Assembly (NCBI GenBank): GCA_041687695.1
Contig: JAWLBL010000028.1
Location: 1-64,000, forward strand
Origin: Myxococcota bacterium
GTDB taxonomy: Bacteria > Myxococcota_A > UBA9042 > PHBI01 > JAWLBL01
Length of the DNA stretch: 64,000 nt
Direction: 5' to 3'
Shown here: positions 8,129-24,400 of the stretch, piece by piece
How positions within the stretch are numbered: position 1 is the first letter of the stretch
Layout of the letters: each line of letters starts with the position of its first letter
The notes under the pieces: generated by a model
The model's database searches: none
The model's input: only the letters and a program-made list of their open reading frames with translations
What the model was told of the DNA's origin: nothing
Made by a program: the position numbers and the translations under genes

Positions 8129-8162
8129 GGGGCGTCTCCTTGGGTGACGACCCGTGCCATAG

Positions 8163-8177
8163 GCAAGACGCGTGCCA
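8163..8177 (-). promoter_or_regulatory. Sigma54 (-24/-12) promoter
   Basis: Minus strand reads TGGCACGCGTCTTGC, an exact match to TGGCACG-N4-TTGC; intergenic and pointing toward the small ORF and catabolic operon. Confidence 0.7.
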
Positions 8178-8363
8178 TGGGCATGGCTTGCGCGCAAGTG
8201 GCCGAGATGGCTGGTGTAACGGCGTGCGTCCGCCCGCCGGGAGGCTCCGGACTCGCCGACCTGCCGATCGGAACGTGTCAACCTGGACACGTCGCCGACC
8301 TCCGAGAAGGCGCAGGGCGCGCCCTCGTGAGAGAGCGCGCCCTTCGAGCGGAGCGCCGGCCGG

Positions 8364-10340
8364 CTAGGCTTCGGCCTTGGGGACGGCCAGGGCGGCCGCC
8401 TCCTCGAGCAGCTTCGTCACCCGCTGCGCGAAGCGCGCCGGGTCGTCGATGGGGCTGCCCTCGGCCAGCAGCGACTGGTCGTACAGGACCTCGATCCACT
8501 CGGTCAGCTGCGGCGCGTCGGCGTCGTCGGCGTGCAGCTTGCGCAGGCTCTCGACCAGCGGGTGCTTGGGGTTGAGCTCGAGGATGCGCTTGGTGGCCGG
8601 CACGTCCTGCTGGTTCATCCGCAGCATCCGCTCGAGGTGCGCCGGCAGGCCGCCCTCGGGCACCACCAGGCAGGTCGGCGACGAGGTCAGGCGCTTGGAC
8701 AGCTGCACCTTGGCCACCTGCTCGCCCAGCACCTGCTCGAACTTGGCCAGCAGCCCGGCCAGCTCGTCCTTGCGCTGGTCCTCGCCCTCGTCCTTGGCCT
8801 CGTCCTGCCCCTCGAGCGGCAGGTCCGCCTTGAGCGCCGACACCAGGCGCTTGTCGTCGAAGGTCGACAGGCCCTCGACCGCCCACTCGTCGATGGGGTC
8901 GGTCATGTACAGGACCTCGTAGCCCTTGCTCCGCAGGGCCTCGAGGTGGGGGCTCGCCGCGACCGCCTTCTCGGAGCCGCCGACGATGTAGTAGATGGCG
9001 TCCTGCCCCTCGGGCATGCGCTCGACGTACTCGGCGAGCGAGGTCAGGCCGTCGACCTTGGAGCTGCGGAAGCGGACGAGCTTCGCCAGGCGGTCCCGCG
9101 ACTCGGGCGCGAAGTGCAGGCCCTCCTTCAGCACCGGGCCGAACTGCTCCCAGAACAGCCGGTAGTCGTCCGGCCGGTCCTTGGCCAGCTCGTCCAGCAG
9201 ATCCAGGGCCTTCTTGACGATCTGCTTGCGGATGGAGCGCAGGACGGTCGAGTCCTGCAGCAGCTCGCGCGACACGTTCAGCGGCAGGTCGTCCGAGTCG
9301 ATGAGCCCGCGGAGGAAGCGCAGCCACTGCGGGACCAGCTCCTCGCAGTCGTCCATGATGAAGACGCGCTTGACGTAAAGGCGCACGCCGCGGCGCTTGT
9401 TGGGGTCGTAGAGATCGAACGGCGCCTTGCGCGGCAGGAACAGGACGCCGGTGAACAGCTGGACGCCCTCGACCTTGAAGTGGGTCCAGGCGAGCGGCGC
9501 CTCCCAGTCGTGGCCCAGGTGCTTGTAGAACTCCTGGTAGTCCTCGTCCTTCAGCTCGCCCTTGGGCCGCTGCCACAGGGCCTTGCCGCGGTTGGCCTGC
9601 TCGAGGACCAGCTGCTTTTCGGCCTCGGCGTCCTCGGCCGCGCCCTCGGGCCGCTCCCAGCGCTCCTCCTGCAGCTTGATGGGGTGCGAGACGTAGTCCG
9701 AGTAGCGCCGGACGAGGTCCTTGAGCTTCCAGGCGTCCAGGAAGTCCTTCGCGTCGTCCTTGAGGTGCAGCACGATGGAGGTGCCCTGGTGCTCGCGCTC
9801 GGCCGGCGTCACGGTGAAGCCGCCCTTGGCGTCGCTGCTCCAGCGGTAGGCCTGCCCGCCCTCGGCGCCCGCCGCGCGGCTGACCACCTCGACGCGGTCG
9901 GCCACCAGATAGGCGCTGTAGAAGCCGACGCCGAACTGGCCGATGAGCCCCAGCGCGTCGCCGCCTTCACCCGCGCCGGCGCCGGCCTGCTCGCGCGCCG
10001 CCTCGAGGAAGCGCCGCGTCCCCGAGTGCGCGATGGTGCCCAGGTTCTCGATGAGCTCGTCGCGGGTCATGCCGACGCCGAAGTCCTCGAGGGTCAGCGT
10101 GCCCGCCTCGGCGTCCGGCAGGATCCGGATCTCGAGCGGGGCGCCCTCGGTGACGAGGTCGTGCTGCGTGAGCGCGCGGTACTTGAGCTTGTCGATCGCG
10201 TCCGACGCGTTGGAGATCAGCTCGCGGAGGAAGATCTCCTTGTTCGAGTACAGCGAGTTGATGACGAGGCCGAGGACCTGGTTGACCTCGGCCTGGAACT
10301 GGAACTGCTCGGGGCTGACGTGCTCCGTCGTGGCCGCCAT
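8364..10340 (-). CDS. htpG: Molecular chaperone HtpG (Hsp90)
   Basis: 658 aa; YSNKEIFLRELISNASDA, IGQFGVGFYS and LPLNVSRE; AAGGAGG RBS. Confidence 0.97.
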   Translation of the reverse strand: MAATTEHVSPEQFQFQAEVNQVLGLVINSLYSNKEIFLRELISNASDAIDKLKYRALTQHDLVTEGAPLEIRILPDAEAGTLTLEDFGVGMTRDELIENLGTIAHSGTRRFLEAAREQAGAGAGEGGDALGLIGQFGVGFYSAYLVADRVEVVSRAAGAEGGQAYRWSSDAKGGFTVTPAEREHQGTSIVLHLKDDAKDFLDAWKLKDLVRRYSDYVSHPIKLQEERWERPEGAAEDAEAEKQLVLEQANRGKALWQRPKGELKDEDYQEFYKHLGHDWEAPLAWTHFKVEGVQLFTGVLFLPRKAPFDLYDPNKRRGVRLYVKRVFIMDDCEELVPQWLRFLRGLIDSDDLPLNVSRELLQDSTVLRSIRKQIVKKALDLLDELAKDRPDDYRLFWEQFGPVLKEGLHFAPESRDRLAKLVRFRSSKVDGLTSLAEYVERMPEGQDAIYYIVGGSEKAVAASPHLEALRSKGYEVLYMTDPIDEWAVEGLSTFDDKRLVSALKADLPLEGQDEAKDEGEDQRKDELAGLLAKFEQVLGEQVAKVQLSKRLTSSPTCLVVPEGGLPAHLERMLRMNQQDVPATKRILELNPKHPLVESLRKLHADDADAPQLTEWIEVLYDQSLLAEGSPIDDPARFAQRVTKLLEEAAALAVPKAEA

Positions 10341-10390
10341 CGCGATGCCTCCTTGGTCCGTTTCGTTCCTGATGTCAGGGCGGACGAACG

Positions 10391-10417
10391 CATAGGCACC
10401 TCGCGACGGCGGTCAAC
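10391..10417 (-). promoter_or_regulatory. Possible heat-shock (sigma32-like) promoter of htpG
   Basis: Minus strand TTGACC-N14-CCTATG loosely resembles TTGAA-N13/17-CCCCAT and lies upstream of a chaperone gene; weak match. Confidence 0.3.
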
Positions 10418-10429
10418 GAGCGACGTGCA

Positions 10430-16399
<5,970 letters not shown>

Positions 16400-16624
16400 G
16401 GCGGTTTCGCTCGCTGACGGGGAAGGGGACGGCGGGGAGCGTGCGTCGCAAGCTCCCGGAAGGCCGATGCTAGCGAAGCGCTCGGGGCGCTGGCAAGGTC
16501 GCCCGCGCGCGTCGTCGGCTTCCCGGGCGCCCGGATGGCGGGGCTGCTTGCCCTGCACCGGACGCTCTGGTTCCATGGGCGCCGCGTCTCCCACCGGCCC
16601 CGGGAGCCGACCCAAGGAGCCACG

Positions 16625-17188
16625 ATGACCGGCCGCGCCGACCTCGTCCCCGACCCCCGCGCCGCGACCCTGCTCGTGGTCGACGTCCAGGAGCGGCTGA
16701 TGGCCGTGATGCCCGACGCCGACCTGGCGCAGCTGGTCAAGGCGACGCAGGCCCTCGTCGCGACCTTCCGCCACTTCGGCGGCCGCGTCGTCTTCACCGA
16801 GCAGTACCCGGCGGGGCTCGGGCCGACGGTCGGCGCGCTGGCGGGCGCGCTCGAGGGGGCCGACCGCCTCGAGAAGGTCGAGTTCTCGGTCGCCGCCTGC
16901 CCGGCCTTCGGCGCCCTGAGCCCGCCGCTGTCCGGGGACGTCGTCCTGTGCGGCGCCGAGACGCACGTGTGCGTGCTCGCGACCGGGCTCGATCTCCTGG
17001 CGGCCGGCCACCGCGTCTTCGTCCCGATCGACGCCGTCGTGTCGCGCCACCCGCGCCATCGCGACAACGGGCTGCGCCTGTTGGCCGAGGCCGGCGCCCG
17101 GCTGGTCAACGCCGAGACCATCCTGTTCCTGGCCCTCGGCGCCGCCGGCACGGACGAGTTCCGCCGACTGTCGCGCCTGGTGCGCTGA
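16625..17188 (+). CDS. Isochorismatase family hydrolase (YcaC/ISOC-like)
   Basis: [28 protein letters not shown] and [17 protein letters not shown] upstream of ATG 16625. Confidence 0.9.
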   Translation: MTGRADLVPDPRAATLLVVDVQERLMAVMPDADLAQLVKATQALVATFRHFGGRVVFTEQYPAGLGPTVGALAGALEGADRLEKVEFSVAACPAFGALSPPLSGDVVLCGAETHVCVLATGLDLLAAGHRVFVPIDAVVSRHPRHRDNGLRLLAEAGARLVNAETILFLALGAAGTDEFRRLSRLVR

Positions 17189-17323
17189 GCGGCCGCCGCG
17201 TCGACCGGTTACTGGCGACCGCGGGGGGGCTTTCGACGCGCCTCGCCCAGCGGTATGCTCGTCCGGGCCCCACGTGCCACGGCGCGGGGGCGCCCACTTG
17301 CTCGGACGGGGACGGAGGGGGCG

Positions 17324-20300
17324 ATGCAACGCTGGGGTGGCTTTGGCTTCGCGGTTTTGGTGGGCGCGGTCTCTTTGCTCACGTCGTGCAGTGATCCGGT
17401 GGCCGGGTCGGCGCTGCAGTACGTCGGAGAGGACGCGCTGAAGCTGCCGCCGACCAAGGGCGAGGGCGACGTGGGCGCGACCGACCTGGGCGAGCCGGAC
17501 GCGCAGGACGTCGACTCGGGCCCGGGCGACGACGGCACGATCGACACGGTGGTGCCGCCCGAGTGCACGACCGCCGAGGACTGCGAGGGCCAGGTCGCGC
17601 CGGGCGTGTGCCAGGTCGCCGCGTGCCTCGCCGACGGGACCTGCGGCGTCGAGGAGGCCTCGGACGGGGCCGCCTGCGACGACGGCAACCCTTGCACGGG
17701 CACCGACACCTGCGCGGCCGGGGCGTGCGTCGGCGGCGACAACCAGTGCCCCTGCCAGACCTCGGACGACTGCGCGGCCTTCGAGGACGGCGACGCCTGC
17801 AACGGCACGCTGGTGTGCGTGGCCGACGTGTGCGCCCTCGACCCGGCGACCGTGGTCACCTGCGCGCCCGGCAAGGACCCGTGCGCCGTGGTCGGGTGCG
17901 AGCCGACGACCGGCGAGTGCGTGACCGACGCCGCGCCCGACGGCACGCCGTGCGAGGACGCCGACGCCTGCACCGTCGGCGACAGCTGCCAGTCGGGGCT
18001 GTGCGCGTCGGGTGGTCCCGTCGCCTGCGAGGTCGACGGGCCCTGCGCCGTCGCCAGCTGCGACCCCGAGGCCGGGTGCGTGCAGACCGCGGTCGACGAC
18101 GGGACCGCCTGCGACGACGGCAACCCGTGCACCTCGGGCGACGCCTGCGCCGCCGGGGCGTGCCTGGGGGGCGCCTCGGTGTGCGACTGCGCGTCCGACG
18201 CCGACTGTGCGCCCTTCCAGACGGATCTCTGCCAGGCGGCGCTGGTGTGCGTCGACGGTCAGTGCCAGGTCGGGCTGGGCCAGCCGGTCGGCTGCCCGCC
18301 TTCGGACGATCCGTGCCTCGTGTCCCAGTGCGATCCGGCGACCGGGGCGTGCGGGACGACGCCGGCGGCCGACGGGACGACGTGCGGCGATCCGGCCGAC
18401 GCCTGCGCGGTCGGGGCGACGTGCCAGGCGGGCGCCTGCGTGGCGGCGGCGGGGCTGTGCGACGACGGGAACCCCTGCACCACCGACGTGTGCGACCCGA
18501 TCAAGGGCTGCGGGCACCTGCCGGCCGAGGGCGCGTGCGACGACGGCAACGCCTGCACCGAGGGCGACGTCTGCGTGGAGGGCGCGTGCGTGGGCGAGCC
18601 GGTGTGCGCGTGCGAGTCGGACGACGACTGCGCGGGCGAGGGCTTCGATCTGTGCCTGGGCACCTGGTCGTGCCAGGCGGCGGTCTGCGTCGTGGTCGGC
18701 GCTCCGGTCGACTGCTCGAAGCTGGGCGACGGCGTCTGCGCCGTGGGGGCGTGCGATGCGACGACGGGCGCGTGCGTCGTCGCCGCGGTGGCCGACGGGA
18801 CGGCGTGCGACGACGCCGACCCCTGCACCGAGGGCACGGTCTGCGCCGCCGGTGAGTGCGGCGGCGGCGACACCAAGGTGTGCAACGACGGCAACCCGTG
18901 CACCGACGACAGCTGCCAGGCCGGCAAGGGGTGCGTCCACAAGCCGAACTCGGCGCCTTGCGACGACGGCAACGCGTGCACGGTCGACGAGGCGTGCGCC
19001 GGCGGGACCTGCAAGGGCGGGGTCGCGGTGGTGTGCACCGGCGGCGGAGCGTGCGCGACGGCGGTGTGCGACGCGGTCAAGGGCTGCGGGGTCGTACCCA
19101 AGGACGACGGGGAGGGCTGCGACGACGGCAACGACTGCACGTCGGGCGACGCCTGCGTCGCCGGGGCGTGCGTCGGCGAGTCCGTCTGCGCGTGCGAGGC
19201 CGACGCGGACTGCGTCGACGACGGCGACCTGTGCAACGGCGTGCCGCGGTGCGAGGGGGGCGCGTGCGTCGTGGACCCGGCGACCGTCGTCACGTGCGAC
19301 GGGGGCGGCGTCTGCGAGAGCGTGACGTGCGATGCGGCGACCGGGGCGTGCGTGAAGGCGCCGTTGGCGGACGGGACGAGCTGCCCGGCCGGCCCGTGTA
19401 AGAAGGGCGGCGCGTGCGTCGGCGGCGTGTGCCAGGGGGCGGACGTCGACTGCTCGGACGGCAACCCGTGCACGGCCGACTCCTGCGATCCGGCGACCGG
19501 CCAGTGCGTCAACGCCGCGGTCGACGGGGCGACCTGCGACGACGGCGACCCGTGTACGCTGGCCAGCGTGTGCCAGGCCGGCTCGTGCGTCGGGTCGGTC
19601 AAGAACACGTGCGACGACGGCAACGCCTGCACGGTCGACACCTGCGAGCCGGGCGTCGGCTGCAAGCACGCGCCGCTGCCTCCGTGCGACGACGGGGACG
19701 CCTGCACCGACGACGCCTGCGACCCGGCCGTCGGTTGCACGTTCGTCGCCAAGGTCTGCGCCCCGTCCGCCGCGCCCTGCACGACTTCTTCGTGCAACCC
19801 GACCAACGGCCAGTGCCAGTCGAGCCCCGTGGCCAGCGGGTCCGCCTGCGACGACGGCGACCCGTGCACCAGCGGCGACGCCTGCAGCGGGGGCGCATGC
19901 AAGGGCCAGCCGGTCAGCTGCGATGACGGCGACGCCTGCACGACCGACGCCTGCGGGCCGACGGGCTGCACGCACGCGCCCGTCGCGGGCTGCGGCGTCG
20001 ACCCGCAGTGCGAGGGCAAGCTCGGCGGCGTGGCGTGCGACGACGGCGACGACGCCACCACCGCGGACATGTGCATCGCCGGCAAGTGCCGCGGCTACGT
20101 CGTCCACCGCGCCAACGGCGACGCGCTCGAGATCGGCCACGTCGGCTACCACGAGGTCGACTACGCGGCCGGCAAGTGGTTCGTCGTCGGCAGCGCCAGC
20201 CCGGTGTGGGGCGGCGGGTCCACCTACGCCATCGTCGACGCCACCAACCCCACCTTGCCCGGCATCTACCAGTCGACCATCCAAGGCTACCTGTTCCGAG

Positions 20301-21154
20301 ACCTGCACGGCGGCTTCGCCGTGGACTCGAACGCCGCGCTCTGGCAGTTCGACGGCACGGGGTGGACGGCGACCAGCCCGCTCGCCAACGCGCTGTACGC
20401 CACGGGGTTCGGCAGCCTGTTCGGCGTCTGGTCTCAGGCCAACCCGGCGGGCCAGCGGACGCTGTGGGTCGTGGGATCGGCCAACTCGCAGCCGTACGTG
20501 CGGCGCTGCACCGAGGTCGGCTCCGTCACCTGCACCGTGCAGACGCTCGGCACGACCCAGGCCCGCCTGCCGCGCGCCGTGACCGGCTACCAGGCCTGCG
20601 GCGCCAACGGCTGCACGACCCACCTGTCGCTCGGCGCCGACCAGAGCGCCGGCAGCGGCTACTACTACAACCACACCTACGACAACGCCGGCGGCACCCA
20701 GAGCCCCTGGAGCTCGGGCTACAACGACGGCGGCGCCGCGATGACGCAGACCACCGCCATCGCCGCCTATGGCGACGGCCGGTTCATCCTGGTCGGCACC
20801 AACGGCCTGATGCGGTTCCGTGCGACGAACGGCGCCTGGGGCAACACCGTCACGGTGAACAACGGTCAGGCGAACCGGACCTTCACCGGCGCCTGGATCG
20901 GCGCAGACGTCGTCGTCCTGTCGGCCTGGCGCGCGACCAGCACACAGCGGGTCTACGAGCTGTGGACGGCCGACCGCGCGGCCAACGGCACCGCGGCGTC
21001 GAGCTGGACCATCCACCAGCTGGGCACCGACGGCTCGGGCAGCGCGAACCTGGCCGACGTGCGCGGCCGCGAGGACGGCTCGGTGTACGCGGTCGGGACG
21101 GGCCGCGGCTCGGACTTCTACCTCGACGGCGTGATGTTCGTCCGCACTCCCTGA
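17324..21154 (+). CDS. Large Cys-rich repeat lipoprotein (CDDGNPCT repeats) with non-repetitive C-terminal beta-rich domain
   Basis: GGAGG then ATG 17324; signal peptide ending LLTSC; many CDDG(N/D)xCT repeats; about 350-aa Gly/Trp/Thr-rich C-terminus. Confidence 0.85.
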   Translation: MQRWGGFGFAVLVGAVSLLTSCSDPVAGSALQYVGEDALKLPPTKGEGDVGATDLGEPDAQDVDSGPGDDGTIDTVVPPECTTAEDCEGQVAPGVCQVAACLADGTCGVEEASDGAACDDGNPCTGTDTCAAGACVGGDNQCPCQTSDDCAAFEDGDACNGTLVCVADVCALDPATVVTCAPGKDPCAVVGCEPTTGECVTDAAPDGTPCEDADACTVGDSCQSGLCASGGPVACEVDGPCAVASCDPEAGCVQTAVDDGTACDDGNPCTSGDACAAGACLGGASVCDCASDADCAPFQTDLCQAALVCVDGQCQVGLGQPVGCPPSDDPCLVSQCDPATGACGTTPAADGTTCGDPADACAVGATCQAGACVAAAGLCDDGNPCTTDVCDPIKGCGHLPAEGACDDGNACTEGDVCVEGACVGEPVCACESDDDCAGEGFDLCLGTWSCQAAVCVVVGAPVDCSKLGDGVCAVGACDATTGACVVAAVADGTACDDADPCTEGTVCAAGECGGGDTKVCNDGNPCTDDSCQAGKGCVHKPNSAPCDDGNACTVDEACAGGTCKGGVAVVCTGGGACATAVCDAVKGCGVVPKDDGEGCDDGNDCTSGDACVAGACVGESVCACEADADCVDDGDLCNGVPRCEGGACVVDPATVVTCDGGGVCESVTCDAATGACVKAPLADGTSCPAGPCKKGGACVGGVCQGADVDCSDGNPCTADSCDPATGQCVNAAVDGATCDDGDPCTLASVCQAGSCVGSVKNTCDDGNACTVDTCEPGVGCKHAPLPPCDDGDACTDDACDPAVGCTFVAKVCAPSAAPCTTSSCNPTNGQCQSSPVASGSACDDGDPCTSGDACSGGACKGQPVSCDDGDACTTDACGPTGCTHAPVAGCGVDPQCEGKLGGVACDDGDDATTADMCIAGKCRGYVVHRANGDALEIGHVGYHEVDYAAGKWFVVGSASPVWGGGSTYAIVDATNPTLPGIYQSTIQGYLFRDLHGGFAVDSNAALWQFDGTGWTATSPLANALYATGFGSLFGVWSQANPAGQRTLWVVGSANSQPYVRRCTEVGSVTCTVQTLGTTQARLPRAVTGYQACGANGCTTHLSLGADQSAGSGYYYNHTYDNAGGTQSPWSSGYNDGGAAMTQTTAIAAYGDGRFILVGTNGLMRFRATNGAWGNTVTVNNGQANRTFTGAWIGADVVVLSAWRATSTQRVYELWTADRAANGTAASSWTIHQLGTDGSGSANLADVRGREDGSVYAVGTGRGSDFYLDGVMFVRTP

Positions 21155-21190
21155 TGAGGCGCCGCGCCGTGGGCCGTGGACCTCTGGACC

Positions 21191-21416
21191 CGGCCCACGG
21201 CCGCGGCCACGGCCACGGTGCCGGCCTCCGCCGCGGCCGCGGCTACGGTCCCGGCCACGGCCCACGGCCCCGGCCTCCGCCACGGCCCACGGCCCCAGCC
21301 GCGGCCACGGCCCACGGCTTCGGTCACGGCCTCGGCTCCGGCCCCGGCCACGCCCACGGCTTCGGTCACGGCCACGGCTCCGGCCACGGCCACGGCCACG
21401 GCCACGGCCCCGGCCT
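21191..21416. repeat. Degenerate hexanucleotide tandem repeat (NCGGCC, mostly ACGGCC) between convergent genes
   Basis: Phased ACGGCC/GCGGCC/CCGGCC/TCGGTC units over about 225 bp, with a few phase slips. Confidence 0.85.
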
Positions 21417-21480
21417 CAGGTCCGCCGGCCGGCGCCCGCCGCGGCGGGGGACCCGCGCGCGCCGGACGCCTGCGGTCGCC

Positions 21481-24400
21481 TCAGCGTGCCTTGGCCAGGG
21501 CCGCGGCCGGCCGCTCGCCGACCGACGCGCGCGCCGCCAGCTCGAGCTCCATCGCGCGGACGCGCTGGCGCAGCTGCTCGCTCAAGACGAAGGTCGCGCT
21601 GACCGGGATGCGCTCCTGCAGCAGCCCCGAGATCTGGCGCGCCACGTCGCCGAGCCCGTCGACCGCCAGGGCCTCGCCCTCGGCGTCGCGGCCGCCCTGC
21701 GAGGGGCGGGCGGCCAGCAGCCCGACGAGGTCCAGCAGGCTCGAGAACAGCGCACCACGGATGCGCTGGATGGCCAGGTGGTCCCAGCCGTCGCGGTAGA
21801 CCTGCTGCGTGATGCGCTCGACGAAGGGGATGATGCGCCCGCCGTAGCCGGCGGCGAAGAACAGCCGCGCGAGCTCCAGGGGATCGCGGCCGGTCGTCGC
21901 GGCCAGCTCGCCGACGGCCAGCGCGTGGCTGGCCGGCCTCAGGGCGGCGACCCGATGCGCCAACAGCTCGGGGACGCCCGCTTCGCGCAGGCGCGCCGCC
22001 TCGCGATCGAGGACCTGGCGCCCCTCGGCGGGCAGGACGTCCTCGATGTTGGCCATCAGGGCCTTGGCCACCTCGCCGGCTGGCTGCAGCCGCGGCCGGG
22101 TCGCCAGCGTCACCGGAGTGACGGCGCGATCGAGCAGCGACTGCACGGCGTCCGCCACGACCTGCTGGACGCTGATGATGGCCTGGTAGACGGCGCTGGC
22201 CGTCGCGGCGGCGCCCAGGGCGCGCAGCGCCTCGCGCAGCGGCCGCACCCCGAGCACGTCCTCGATGAGCAGCGTCGCGGCGGCGATCTCGGAGACCGAC
22301 CGCTGCGTCGCCTTCATCATCAGCGGGAAGTAGGCGACGCCGCCCATGTCGACCAGGCGGTTGGTCTGGACGGTCGCGGCGATCTCGCGCGCCAGCATGT
22401 GCTCGCCCGCGACCGCGGCGAACGGCTCCATCACCGCGGGCGGGAAGTAGGCGACCAGATCGGGCATCAGCTCGTCGAGGGTGCCGATGGGCTCGGCCGT
22501 CAGCCCCGCGTAGACCACCATCTTCGAGTACGCGAGCAGCTTGGCCAGCTCGGGCCGCAAGAAACCCTGCTTGCGCGCCAGGCGATGCTCGATCATCTCG
22601 GCCGCGTCCGGCAGGCGCTGCGCGCGCCGCGAGAAGCCCAGCTGCTCCTTGAGCGTGTCCATGGCGCGCCAGTAGTTCCAGACGTTCTTGCGGCTGCGCG
22701 CCTCGTCCAGGCTGATGGCCAGGCTCTGGCTGTCGCTGTCGGCGAGCACCATGTCGCAGACCTCGTCGCCGACCTCGACCAGCAGCTTGTCGCGCGCGGA
22801 CTTCTCGAGGGCGCCCGAACGCACGAGCGGCTGCAGCAGGATCTTCAGGTTGACCTCGTGGTCGCTGAGATCCACGCCGCCCGAGTTGTCGATGGCGTCC
22901 AGGTTCACGCGCCCGCCCGCCAGCGCGTACTCGACGCGCCCGCGCATGGTGACGCCCAGGTTGCCGCCCTCGCCGATGACCTTGCAGCGCAGCTGGCTGG
23001 CGTCGACGCGGACCCGGTCGTTGTCCTTGTCCTCGACCTCGGCGTGGGACTCGCTGGTCGCCTTGACGTAGGTCCCGATGCCGCCGTTCCACAGCAGATC
23101 CACGTCGGCGGTCAGGATGAGGCGAATCAGGCGCTCGCCCGAGACGACGTCCTCGCTGGCGCCCAGCCGCTCGCGCACCTCGGGCGACAGCTCGATGGCC
23201 TTGGCCCCGCGGTCGAACACGCCCCCGCCCGCCGAGATGAGGCTCGCGTCGTAGTCGGTCCACTGCGAGCCCTTGGTCTCGAACAGGCGCTTGCGCTCCT
23301 GCCACGCGGGGCCCGGGGCGGGGGTGGGGTCCAGGAAGATGTGGCGGTGGTTGAATGCGCCGATGAGCTTCATGGACTTGCTGAGCAGCATGCCGTTGCC
23401 GAACACGTCGCCCGACATGTCGCCGATGCCGACGACGCTCACCTCGTCGATCTCGGGATCGAGGTCCATCTCGGCGAAGTGCCGCCGCACGCACACCCAG
23501 GCGCCGCGCGCGGTGATGCCCTTCTCCTTGTGGTCGTAGCCGACCGAGCCCCCCGACGCGAAGGCGTCACCCAACCAGAAGTCGAAGGCGCGCGACAGCT
23601 CGTTCGCGGTGTCGGACAGGTGAGCCGTGCCCTTGTCGGCCGCCACGACCAGGTACGGGTCGTCGCCGTCGTAGCGCCTCACGCGCGGCGGCGGCACGAC
23701 CTGGCCATCACGGATGTTGTCGGTGATCTCGAGCAGGCCGCGGATGAAGATGCGGTACAGCGCGTCCGCGCGGGCGCGCGCCTCGCGGAAGTCCTCGATG
23801 GGGTCCTTGAGGACGAAGCCGCCCTTGGCGCCGACCGGCACGATGAGCGTGTTCTTCAGCATCTGCGTGGCCATGAGGCCCAGGACCTCGGACCGGTAGT
23901 CGTCGATGCGGTCGCTCCAGCGGATGCCGCCGCGCGCGACCCGGCCGCCTCGCAGGTGCACGCCCTCGATGCGCGCGTGGTGGACGTAGATCTCGTACAT
24001 CGGACGCGGCTCGGGCATCTCGCGCACGCGCGCCGACTCGATCTTCAGGCTGATGAAGTGCTCGCCGTCGCTGCGCTCGGCCACGTAGAAGTTGGTCCGC
24101 AGCGTCGCCTCGATGAGGTTCAGGATGATGCTGAGGACCCGGTCCTCCTCGAAGCCCTTGACGTGGGTCAGGTAGTCACGCAGCTCGCGTCCCAGGCGCG
24201 CCACCTCGTCCGCGCGGTGCGCGTCCGACACCTCGAGATCGGGATCGAAGCGCGCGCGGAACAGCGCCGCGAGGCGTGAGACGTAGGTGCTGTGGGTCAT
24301 CAGCACCTTCTGCAGGATCTCGGCGCCGATCTGGCTGCCGAGCTGGCGGCTGTACGTGTACAGGGCCCGGAAGAGGTCGACCTCCTTCCAGGTCAGGTGC

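Noticed and set aside
16400..21283. 5' extension making the 10430..21283 ORF 3617 aa
   Set aside because: It is the antisense shadow of the isochorismatase and Cys-rich genes, with Arg/Ala/Gly-rich translation; protein-like sequence starts at the signal peptide at 16399.
21118..21799. Small Ala/Thr- or Gly/His-repeat ORFs over the hexamer tract
   Set aside because: Translations merely reflect the DNA repeat; no convincing RBS, and they overlap real genes.
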